NCBI RefSeq assembly: GCF_001194135.2
Contig: NC_068981.1
Location: 20,567,128 to 20,613,076, forward strand
Source of the DNA: Octopus bimaculoides
Taxonomy: Eukaryota
Reading direction: 5' to 3'
Length of the DNA stretch: 45,949 nucleotides
In this document: piece after piece, positions 1 to 10,549 of the stretch
Numbering within the stretch: position 1 is the first letter of the stretch
How the letters are laid out: each line of letters opens with the position of its first letter
The notes under the pieces: model-generated
Database searches by the model: none
What the model was told of the DNA's origin: nothing
Seen by the model: the letters and a program-made list of their open reading frames with translations, nothing else
Position numbers and translations under genes: made by a program

Positions 1-541
1 TTTTTAAAGATAAATTTTTAAAGCAGATAGAATTATTTTAAAGAAGTAAATTTAATAGTATTTACAATGTCAAAAAGAAGTAGGTTATGTTATGATTTTT
101 TTTTGTTACTTTTTTGTATTAAAGCTGTGCTTTCTGTCATTTTATAAATATGTGGATCTTTATCAAACGATATAAAATACGCACCTGATTCCTTTCATTT
201 TATTGAGAAATCCTTATTTTAATTTTATATTATAGCATATGCATTTCCAATATTCATTGATTCAACGATAAATTGACATTTTATTGATAAACTACGAGAA
301 CAAAGAATTCCAGAAACGAAAGAGTGTAATTCTTTGTGGTAATAAATTATGTCGTTTGTGTTCTTATTTAAATTCTATGGGATTGTTTTTCATCCCAACA
401 AAGAAGATAAAATAGCACGATGTCGATTCAATATATACTTCTCCTATAAAATCTAAGCCCTTAAACAAAGCTCGTACTTATATGGTTGATTACATGACGA
501 GGTCATGGCTCGAGTAAGGGCATGTAAGGTTTTAGGAAATG

Positions 542-591
542 ATTGGCTTCGACACAAAAAGTTTTTTTAAAGAAAACATGCCAAGATGGCG
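542..591 (+). promoter_or_regulatory. Candidate core-promoter motifs: reverse CCAAT box and YY1-type site
   Basis: ATTGG at 542-546 and CAAGATGGCG at 582-591, in CpG-retaining non-repeat sequence; motif match only. Confidence 0.35.
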
Positions 592-874
592 AAAGATCTT
601 ATAGAAAAAAACACAGTCATCACTTAAATTAATAACGCCGTGTCAGAAAGACAATACATTATCAGAATTGGATATGTAGCAAGACTTGTTAGCTGGAGTG
701 ATGAATGATTAGTGAAGTTGAATTTGGTTCTGTGTTGTTCCTCGAAAATAACCCAAACTATCTTGAAATTTTTTTTTATGAGACCATTTATTTACGCATT
801 ACTTTACAATATTTATAGTTGTACTTACTGAAGGCTGTTTTATTGCTTACCAGTACAGATATAGAAATAAATTA

Positions 875-1096
875 CAGTAATCCCTCGACTATCGCAGGTG
901 TTACGTTCCAAAATACCCCGCGATAGGTGGAAATCCGCGAAGTAGAAACAGTACTGTACTGTATTTTTTTTTATTATTTTTATAATTTGTACATATTAAC
1001 TTTATTATAAATTCAAAACAACACCACAGAGGAATTAACGTAAGTTTAAATAGACTGCGATAGGTGAACCGCCCGCGATATGGCGAGGGATTACTG
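875..1096. mobile_element. Tigger/pogo-type MITE (222 bp)
   Basis: TIRs CAGTAATCCCTCG...CGAGGGATTACTG; TA on both flanks (873-874, 1097-1098); no coding capacity. Confidence 0.9.
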
Positions 1097-1652
1097 TATA
1101 TGGCTTTTTTTTTACTAGGAATTTGACAGTTACTTATTCATGTTGTGAGATGTGGGAAAATTACATGTTCATGGCGAACGATTTGTTTTTCGCCCAGGGC
1201 CAAGCAGCGCGTCCAGGTAACTTATCTTCTTGCGGATCTCTTACACACTCTAGTTTACTATGCTTTGAACAAATGTGAGCTCAACACTGTCACTGAAGCT
1301 TTTCGCTTTTCGCAGTTGCAGTTTTTCACTGGACAATACTCTGTACAACTCATTCAGTTTACATCAGGAACAAGTGGGTAAGCAGGAACGTGTAACTTGA
1401 TAAATTGGATGTTGAATGATCGGTAGGGCTGAATTTGGCTGTATGCTGCTTCACATATAAAACCAAGTCTATTTTAGATCTTATGGCCATTTATTTATAG
1501 ACAAAATTTTACAATGTTTAAAAAGTTTACTGTATCAGTGTTTACCAGTAAAGAGACAAGAACATGTTGCGTTTTGACTAAAACTTACACAGCCATAACT
1601 TCGTGTTTTGGGTGGTGAGAAAAGTATGTAGTGACAACTTATAGCAGACGAC

Positions 1653-2016
1653 TGTTATATGTTCAATGTCCGGAGTTTTATCCACGCATGCGCAGGGACT
1701 AGTTCCGGAAGGAATACAGGAAGAGTCTCATGCGCATGCGTAGAGTTCGACACCCAGCTTTGGCGCCTTTTCTCAGTCTCTTCGTTGGCTGATCTCCGTC
1801 GAGCCAAGACGTCCAACAGAGCTCTCTCACATGTCAGCACCAGAGCTTCACAAATAACCACGAAAATCATTCAGAAGGCGTCTCAGTAACCGAGGGCGAC
1901 GAGCTACTGAATTCCACTGTAAATAAATATTGTTATGTTGTTCAGAATCTGCGTTCCGTTGTATCTTCTAGAAATTTAATGTACGGAAGCGGTGTACACC
2001 TAATGGTGTATAACCA
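1653..2016 (+). mobile_element. Candidate solo LTR
   Basis: Starts TGTTATAT and ends ...GTATAACCA (imperfect terminal inverted repeat); ~360 bp; GC/CpG-rich; AATAAA near 1922. No TSD and no partner LTR found. Confidence 0.45.
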
Positions 2017-2089
2017 CTTTCCTACAAGTATATCTTCATGGACAAACAATTCCTTTTAACCCAAAGTCGAGCAGCGACCAACAACAAAA

Positions 2090-2169
2090 CCAATCTTCAC
2101 ACGAAACGCTCATGCTTCTCTTTTATTAACTCTTGCTTCTATATCTATAAACATCTTTTGGCGGGAAAA
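2090..2169 (+). promoter_or_regulatory. CCAAT box plus canonical E2F site upstream of a candidate first exon
   Basis: CCAAT at 2090-2094; TTTTGGCGGGAAAA at 2156-2169, 2 nt before an ATG; CpG-rich context. Confidence 0.55.
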
Positions 2170-2171
2170 TC

Positions 2172-2192
2172 ATGGAAATTCCACTAGAAAAC
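2172..2192 (+). CDS. Candidate first coding exon (MEIPLEN, phase 0) of an unidentified gene
   Basis: aaatcATGG start context; ATG GAA ATT CCA CTA GAA AAC followed by a consensus donor GTAAGT at 2193; protein not recognised. Confidence 0.5.
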
Positions 2193-2219
2193 GTAAGTTA
2201 CAAGTACTATCGTAAGATG

Positions 2220-2432
2220 TGTAGTAGAGGAAGGCCGGAAGTGGGGGAGAGATGACGTTACGTCGGCAAGAAACAAGAAAAGTTTCTCTCGTTTTCATGC
2301 TATCTTCGACAGAGGCAAGACGTGGTGAAAGAGAGGTTGTGACAAGACATTTTAAGAATTGAACAATTTGCCGGAAATACCTGATTGCCAGTCGAGGTAA
2401 GAATAATTTTGTTTGCATGCCTTCAAACCACA
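2220..2432 (+). repeat. 5' LTR (213 bp)
   Basis: Aligns end to end with 3267-3478; 9 CpG. Confidence 0.9.
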
Positions 2433-2548
2433 TGCTATTTCGGCACGTTGTTATCAGCTATGAAGATACGTCCGAGAAGTGGATTTTTTTATATTTTTCT
2501 CTTGCTCTTGTTCTTCATTTTATTTTTATTTATTTATTTATTTTTGTG

Positions 2549-2719
2549 ATGGCTATAAAAATCAGAATCGGTAGTGATGTGTTGAGACCGTTCACTGGGG
2601 AAGGCAATCTAGTGGTCTGGATGAAGAAGGTGAGTCTCGTGGCAAAGCTGCAGGAAATAGATGTGGCTAGCTTTATGCCATTGTACTTAGAAAGCAGTGC
2701 ACTGAATCTCTACCTGTAA
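2549..2719 (+). pseudogene. Gypsy gag N-terminal remnant
   Basis: MAIKIRIGSDVLRPFTGEGNLVVWMKKVSLVAKLQEIDVASFMPLYLESSAL matches the recurrent invertebrate Gypsy gag pattern (PF.GEGD..AWL.KV.LVAKLQ...A..PLYLEG.AL). Confidence 0.8.
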
Positions 2720-2789
2720 ATGGATGAAGCATTGGTTGGAAACAGTAGAGGATGTTCCGAGTGGGATAGCAGTAGTTTGTCAGCTGAAG

Positions 2790-2909
2790 GGCACAGAACT
2801 AAGAAGGCTGCACAACATGCACCATATGGGGGTCGACAGGACATTGTTTTTGGCTAGGACAGTCAAGAAAGATTCAGGTAGAGGAAGACTGGAAGAGGTT
2901 AGCCATTGA
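2790..2909 (+). pseudogene. Gypsy integrase H2C2 zinc-binding remnant
   Basis: LRRLHNMHHMGVDRTLFLAR, the typical H-x3-H-xG..RT motif. Confidence 0.7.
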
Positions 2910-3266
2910 CGTAATGCACTATTGGGGAAAGGTGTACCTTTCATTGGTCGACTGTGGACCAGGGTGAATGGCTATATGGAGAAAAATCAGGGCAGAGACT
3001 GCTGCCAAAGTTACAGAAGTGCTGAATGCGGTGTTCTTGGAAAGGTGACCATGATCCGTAGTCTGAATAATGTATCAGTGGATGGAATGCTGCATCCCGT
3101 CCTGGATATTCAAAGGGTGATTAGCTCTTCTGATGATGAAGAGGAGGGGCAAGGCAACCCTATGACCCTACAATCTCAAAGAGAACATCGCCCTCCCACC
3201 CCCATCCAGGTGGATGGGCGATTATGAGACAGAACAGGGGATCTGTGATCTTTTGAGCGGGGAACA

Positions 3267-3478
3267 TGTCATGGGAGGAAGACTGGAAAGGGAGAGAGAT
3301 GATATCACATCAGCGAGTGAGAAGAAAAGCTTCCCACTTTTTCACGTTATCTGTGACAGAGGCTAGATGTGGCAACAGAGAGGTTGTGACAACATGTGTT
3401 AAGAATGAGGAATCTGCTGGTGGTACCCAATTGCAACTCGAGATAAGAATGACTTTATTTACATGCCTTCAAATGACA
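3267..3478 (+). repeat. 3' LTR (212 bp)
   Basis: Aligns with the 5' LTR at roughly 70% identity; only 3 CpG. Confidence 0.9.
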
Positions 3479-3559
3479 AGATGCTTTCAATTACCCCTAG
3501 GTGCCTTTAACATTCCTTATCAGATATAGGAGAAACAGTTAAATTATTAATGGAGATGT

Positions 3560-4030
3560 TGCTAGTCTAGTTTACAGTTTTCCCTCATTTCAGAACCATA
3601 TAAGAACATTTGCCCTTATCAAACTTCAACCCTATATCCTTTGCAAATGTAACCACTTCAAGGATCATTTTCATTTCATACATATTCCTGGCAGACAGTT
3701 TCAGGTCATCCACAAAGAAACTGTAATTTTGATACTTTTGTCTCCCTGTGAACTAATGGGATACTTCCTCAGCATAAATGATAAGGGGTTTACTGAAAGT
3801 ATGAACACTATCACAGAGAGACTGTCTTCTCCTTTTTGATATTGCATTTTATCAATGATAATACTATCGCTTCTTGTACTTAACTTTAAGGTGGGGTCCA
3901 GGATAGAGAGTCAGGTCAAATATAACTTTGATTATGCATTCTGGAACTTTAGGAAGTCAAAGACTTTTAGCTTCCATGTGTGGGTACAGAGTGGAAAGGC
4001 TTTCCATATCTGAGATATCTAGATTATGAA
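3560..4030 (-). mobile_element. R4/Dong-like non-LTR RT fragment, copy 1
   Basis: Degenerate KAF.SVPH, GDSLSV..FILSVNP and F.DDLK motifs on the minus strand; collinear with 5185-5665. Confidence 0.75.
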
Positions 4031-4703
4031 TGTATGTTCATACCTTTCTATTCCACTAGAAAACATACGTTTGAATGATTGTAGCTGAAACATGATTGGT
4101 TAGAATACAAGGCAAGTCATCTGATGTGCTGTGGTCTATTTCTCATTACTGGGCTAACACAGTTTCAATTCTAAGCTCTGTTACAGTACTTACCCAACAG
4201 TGAAGAAGCAAACAAAAATAAAATGGTAGCAAAATCATTGCAATGCCAAAGAACAATGATATGTCATGTGGATGTTATAATGGGTAAAACTGGGAAAAGA
4301 AAGACATAAAATAAATTACACAGAGAAATGAAATGGAGGTGTAGAATAAGGTGTCGTGCAGAATGTTAATTGCTGAAATTTACAGGGCCACAAAACGTCA
4401 ACATTAATAAAACTTGCACAAAATTGTGTGCGAAAAATAAGTGTCACAAGATAAAGAACAGCACATATACATTTGAGTAAAATCTAAATTGTAAAATTCT
4501 AACTGGTAATAATACATCAGTCAAGACAAGTATTAAAATACAAAATACAGAAACAAAAAAGACATGTAGCAAATAAGATTTTGTACATATTTAGTGTTCA
4601 GAAATGCAAAATTGTGCTGAAATGAGAAAAAGTTCATGTACTGTCTTAGGAATGAAAGTTTTAAAAACAGTGCAGTGTTTGTGTTCTGCTTATATATATT
4701 AAA

Positions 4704-5006
4704 GAGGCGCAATGACCCAGTGGTTAGGGCAGAGTACTCGCGGTCGTAGGATCACGGTTTCAATTCCCAGACCGCGCGTTGTGTGTGTTTATTGAGCTAA
4801 AGCTCCACGAGGCTCCGGCAGGGTGTGGTGGCAACCCCTGTTGTACTCTTTCGCCCCAACTTTCTCTCACTCTTTCTTCCTGTTTCTTGAGTAATGCTGT
4901 GATGGACTGGCGTCCCATCCAGCTGGGGGGAACACATACGCCACAGAAACCAGGAAACCAGGCCCATGAGCCTGGCTAGGCTTGAAAAGGGAGCATAAAT
5001 AAATAA
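4704..5006 (+). mobile_element. tRNA-derived SINE, CpG-retaining (probably young)
   Basis: A-box TGACCCAGTGG and B-box GGTTTCAATTCC head; GATGGACTGGCGTCCCATCCAG core; (ATAA)n tail. Confidence 0.8.
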
Positions 5007-5184
5007 TATATATATTAAAGGAAAGTGTAAGAGAGATGCTGGCTGCATTGAACCATTTAAACTGATTTCTATATTCAACATGATCATAGTGAGGTCTTCT
5101 GCTGATATGCACGCATCCTGATGATTTGTTGCAGAAGAATCATGCAAATCTTTTGGGCATATATTCACAGTTATCAAACTAGAA

Positions 5185-5665
5185 ATGTTTCTTGAGTTCT
5201 CCCTCATTTCAGAACCATAAACCATACAGGAATATTTATCCTGACCAAACTACAGCCCCATATCCTTTGAGAATGTTATAACCAGGTCAAAGCTCTTTTT
5301 TATTTCATGCATATTCCTGACATACAGTTTCAAGTCATCCGCAAGGAAGCAATGTGTAATTTTGGTATTTCTGCCTCCCTGTGAACCAATGAAATACCCC
5401 TCAGACTTCTTCGACATAAATGGCAAAGGGTTTACTGAAAGTATGAATACCCTCACAGAGAGGTTGTCTCCTCTGCAATATTGCATTTTATCAGTGTTAA
5501 TACAATCACTCCTTTTATTTATTTCAATATAGTGGCCCAAGATGATGAATCAGGTGAGATATGGCTTTGATTATGCATTCTGGAATTTTAGCAAGTCGAA
5601 GGGCTTCTAGCATCCACATATGGGTACAGAGTCAAAGGCTTTCCATATCTGAGATATCTTTATTA
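5185..5665 (-). mobile_element. R4/Dong-like non-LTR RT fragment, copy 2
   Basis: ORF 5250-5540: GDNLSVRVFILSVNPLPFM...RNTKITHCFLADDLKLY; same end points as copy 1. Confidence 0.8.
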
Positions 5666-5699
5666 TGACTATAAAACAAATAGCTAATGCTATTTGCAT

Positions 5700-6493
5700 A
5701 TTCTGTGAGAGAGTTGAGGATATTCTGCACAATGAACTTAGCTCAGTGAGTGTCGTGTCTTCTTACACCTGTTCAAAAGTACACCAGGATGATCACATCA
5801 CAGGAAAATCTGGCATTTAAACAGATCCATCTGGTTTCTTTGAATGTTTTCTAACCCAGGATCAGGGCTGGCTTAATCTCTTTGAGCCATAAACAAAGAG
5901 ACAATCCATGCAGTGAAAACATCCCTCTTCACCTGCTTTTAAGAAGGCCATGGTCATTTTATCTGCAGGGAAGGTGATGGCCTCAGTTTTTTTCAGACGT
6001 AGAAAGCATTGTGTTTATCGACTCTCTTCAAAAGGGCCACACTATCGATAAAGAGTAACATGTCAAATTGCTGAGGCAGTTACAAAAGGCTATCAAGACC
6101 AAATTCCCAGAAAAACTGACAAAAACGGTCTTGTTTCATCTGGAAAATGCTCAGGTACACAAGTCCTTGGTTTCAATGACTGTGGCTTTGAACTGATTGA
6201 TCACCCATCCTATTCTCTTGGTTTGGCCCCCATCTGACAATCATCTGTTCCCCAACATGAGAAGACACTTGGCTGGGAACCAGTATCACAATGATGATGA
6301 TGTCGTATCTGCTGTTGATGACTTTTTTTAACCACCAGGATGAAAGCTTCTTCACCAATGGGACCCAAGCAATACAATACTGATGGAAAAAGTGTGTGGA
6401 CCACAAGGGGGACTATGTTGAAAAATAAACCTCATTTGGTCACATTCCAGGATAGTATCTTGACCAGCCTCTGAACTTTTCAGCTGACCCTCA
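5700..6493 (+). mobile_element. 5'-truncated mariner transposase relic with 3' TIR
   Basis: GKVMASVF, HPSYS..LAPSD and YH.DDDVVSAVDDFF..QDESFF motifs; ends GAACTTTTCAGCTGACCCTCA|TA. Confidence 0.9.
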
Positions 6494-7039
6494 TAAAAAT
6501 CTTGTGATAAGTTAAATCATTTTAGTTTAACAAATAACTATTTCTGCATGTTCACTACCCGAGCAATGCCAGGTACTTCCATAAGTCATATAATTAATGC
6601 AGTTGTTGCTTTATACTAGTGACAGATCAACTTAAATACAACAAACAGGAGAGAGAGATAGAAGAGACAAAGAGAGTGTGAGAAAAAGCTGAAACTATTC
6701 ATTAACATATCAATGCTATCACATGTCAAATCGTGATGAACTGCTTTAATGTTGTTTAAACTTAAAAGAATCACATAAACTTTTACTCTCAACAAAACTA
6801 ATAATATAGATCTATGAGGTTACGTTGTTGTAGAGTCACAGGTTACTTCTGATCAGCATGTAGGTAGTTGGTTGAATGTCTTGTATAATAATAATGATAA
6901 TAATAAGCTTATTGTATTTAGTGCTCACAAACACTATAACTATTCAGAAAAGTAGCCAAAAATGTATGTACAGTGCAGAGAATAATGCACAAAAAGACAG
7001 GAAAGTGAACAGTGAATGAGTCATAAAAAAAGGAACATC

Positions 7040-9490
7040 ACATGCAGTGTTGGTAAATTTCAGGAAGCATGAAAGTTTTGAAGAGTGTGGTGTCCTGACA
7101 GCTAACAAGTGATGTGTGTAGTTTATTCCATGCTTCAGCCATTCTGAACTTGAAAAAATTCCTTTCAAAAGTCATGGGCACTGTACTGTTTTCTGATTTT
7201 GTAAGCATAACTATGGGTGTTAGACACATGGAATTCCAAAGGTTCCCACGGTTGTTGCTGGAAAGATGGTTGATAATCTTGTGTGTTTCTACCAAGTCAG
7301 ATGCTAGACAGCAGAGCTTTAATGTGTCCATATGCAAGAAAGCAAAATGTTCAGAATATGGTAGATGCCTGATAGTGGGTATTCAACTGGCTGCAAGTTT
7401 CTGAACAGTTTCAAGAAGATTCATATGCTGAGCAAGACAGGGTTTCCAGACTGGTGATGCAAACTCTGAGTGTGGATGTAACATAGTCATATACAGCTTT
7501 AAATAAATAACTGGAGAGCAGCTGACAAAGGTCTTACTGAGTAACCCTAAGATCCCCTTGGCTTTCTTGACAATTTTAGAAATGTGGTTTGTCCAATGCA
7601 AATCGCTGTTGGCCACAACACCCAGGTCACATTCACTAGCAGACTTCTTAAGATTGGTGTTGTGGAGGGAGTATGTAAAAACTAGATTTTTCCTCTCAAA
7701 ATGTATGGTTGCACTTGTCCACTGCCAGCTTGAGTTGTTAGTCAGTAATCCATTGCTGCATTGTGTCCAGGTCTGATTGTCGGAAAGATCTATGGCATTT
7801 AGGATTTGTTCTTTTTATCTCCAGGTACAGCTTGATGTTATCTGCATATTTCAACACTGTAACATTCTTCAAGTTGTCATCTATGTCATTAATATATGCA
7901 ACAAACAACAGGGGTCCAAGAACAGATCCCTATGGTACACCAGATGCTATCTCATAGGATGCAGAATGCCATTCTCAAACCGTCACAACCCCTCTTCGAC
8001 TGAGAATGAAGGACTTCAGCCAGTTATAAAGATCATCTCTCACACCCACTGCAAAGAGTTTTATCTTAGGTCATTTGTGTGGCACAGAATTAAAGGCTTT
8101 AGAAAAGTCAAGATAAATAACATCCATCCATGAGCCACCATCAGTGATTTGATTGATGTCTTCAAGAAACTCAAGGAGTTGGCCACATCAGCTAGAGTTA
8201 TGGAGAAATCAAAATTGTAAGGGTCAAATAAGGTTGTGAGAGTTTCAGAAGTTCTACAGTGTTTCTCTAACACAGGAATCCATCAATTTGATGATGCAGC
8301 TAGTAAGACCGACTGGACAGTAGTTGACAAGTGATGTATTATCACCCTTTTTTGAACAAGGTGATGACACTGGCAATTTTCAATTGCTCTGGTGCAACAC
8401 AGTTAAGGCAGAATTGGGAGGAGAATGAAAGATGATGCAAAAGAAATAGCCTGCCATATTTGAGAAGGTAAGTAACACCATCAAAACCAGGAGAGGCATA
8501 GTTGTACTTATTCTTGAGATGGTGTCACAGTATTTCAGGTGTAAATTCCACAGATGTTCTAGAATTTACTGTCAGAGGTGATGAAAATGGTACATTGGGA
8601 TTTTCAACAGTAAAAATGCAGCATATCATTCAGTGATAAGTTCTGCACACTCTTAGGAATCATCAATAATCTGACCTGTGTGGGGATTGTGAAAAGGGTC
8701 AACTGGAGAGTGAGGCCTCTGTTTCAAACATACGTATTTACAGATCACTTTGAGTTGGTTGCTCTATGTAATTCAAACTCAAGCACTGCCTTTTTAGTCA
8801 CCTACTTGAGAGTGTTAGATGATCTATGGCACCTTCTTCTATTATCCTCTGTTCTATATAGTCTGTATTCTTGTTCAGCATTACAGCATTCTTCCCTGGC
8901 AAGTTGGACTACTGCAGTGTACCAAATCACACTTTTGAGATTTTTACAGCAATTGCATGGTACTAATGCTTCACATGCAGCCCAGATTGAATTGAAGATG
9001 CTCTAAAGTGCAGTATTGCCATCTCTGGAATCATAAAATCAAGCCAGTTTTGGTATTGTAACAGTTCCAGTTTGCTTTGTTCCAGTCAAAGTGAGCAGTT
9101 TGGAGGTGGTGATGGTTTTTGTTTCTAGTTGTAAGAAACAGATTGGTTATGATCATAGCATGATCAGATTAGTCCAAAAGTTTCTCGGTATGAAATTGAT
9201 AACCATTTCAGGAGTAATGCTAAAGAGCAGATCCAAAGTGTTATCACCTCTTGTGAGGGAAGTGACTTCTTGGGACAGCTTGAATCCAGCACTAAATCAA
9301 GGAAATCATTTGCACTTTGCAGCCAAATAAAGGTTTCCCAATCAATCTCGGGGTAATTGACGTCACCAGCAATGAAAACGTAAGTGGCAGTTTTCCTAGA
9401 TGCAGCTCTGAAGATGTCAAAATGTTTTGTGTTTTGATAGTGGTTTGAGGAGCAGTAAATAACTCCAGTTAGAAGTGTTGACATGCTTAT
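7040..9490 (-). mobile_element. CR1/L2-type LINE ORF2 relic (endonuclease, RT and C-terminus)
   Basis: IAGDVNYPEIDW (endonuclease); KPLILCHT (degenerate KAFDSVPH); GSVLGPLLFVAYINDI; YADNI; AKGILGLLSKTF; RNFFKFRMAEAWNKL. Confidence 0.9.
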
Positions 9491-10343
9491 ACATACATCA
9501 CAGAAAAATAACTCCTGTGGTTTGATTTCCCATCAACCACTAAACCTGTTAAAGGAAAACAGTTCAGTTACCCCTTTGTCTCCTGTTTAGGCAACAAAGT
9601 TATGGATCCTAACCCATTTTTCCAGATTGAATAATTGAACAAATGAGTAAAGGTGGTTGTTGTTTAGGTCATCCTTGATGGATCAAACCAACAGTTAAAG
9701 GTATTCAAGCCATGATCCACCCAGTTTTATCTTTTATTTACATCTTTATTTTATATATTTTTTATCTTTCAGAAATAGGGTACCCTGGACTTAATACCGT
9801 CTTAGGGTACATGTTATAGTTGCTGCGACACTAGGGCCTAGGAAATCCAAGACCCCATGAACCCCCTTGTTGAGGATTAATTTCATCTTATTCTGATAGG
9901 ATTGCAATCCACTTCATTCCAATAGAACTCAGGCCCATGAATAACTAAAGATATCTCTACTGCATTATAGAATATATTCTCCCCATTTTCTTAATACAGT
10001 AAGGTGTGGTTTAAGAGAGATTTGGTAGTTATTTGTCCCATATAGGAGTTCCCTCGTCATGTGTTCCACATAATGTCCACACAATAGCACTCCCATTCCA
10101 TTTGACTACTGTTGTATTCATGGTAACAGTGTGTGGGTGAATACATTGAAGTAGACAAAGGTTACTACTATCTTACAGGTGCTAATGTTAACTATGTGTG
10201 AATAAAAGTTATTTTTGTCAAAGTGAAGCATAGCATTTTGTTGTAAATTCAACTATATTGACTTGATACTTGATTGTCTATTGTCAAACTGACTTTCTGA
10301 ACCTTCACCAACAGTTACATGTGCAGTGTCAGGGGGTATATTG

Positions 10344-10345
<2 letters not shown>

Positions 10346-10375
<30 letters not shown>
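10346..10375. repeat. (AT)n microsatellite
   Basis: Direct reading. Confidence 0.95.
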
Positions 10376-10380
<5 letters not shown>

Positions 10381-10549
10381 TTAATTAGAGGATATGTTAA
10401 CCTTGCGAAGGGATGGTTGCATCCAAGGAAATACTGGTTCAATACCTAGTATTGTTGGGGAATGAAATTCCTTTAAAACAATAGGTATGTATTAAGCATA
10501 TAGTTTATATCCAGTTAAAAGAAGAGAAGAAAATAGAGATAAGAAAGTT

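Larger units (their letters stand above)
2220..3478 (+). mobile_element. Internally deleted Ty3/Gypsy LTR retrotransposon (1259 bp)
   Basis: TG...CA LTRs at 2220-2432 and 3267-3478; perfect 5-bp TSD AGATG (2215-2219, 3479-3483); purine tract GAGCGGGGAA before the 3' LTR; gag and integrase remnants inside. Confidence 0.92.

Noticed and set aside
698-775. Box C (GTGATGA) snoRNA or Pol III RNA before a T run
   Set aside because: No CTGA D box, no terminal stem, and no resemblance to snRNAs I know
4704-4780. tRNA gene
   Set aside because: A/B boxes only; no cloverleaf, and it continues into a SINE body. The same applies to the other SINE heads
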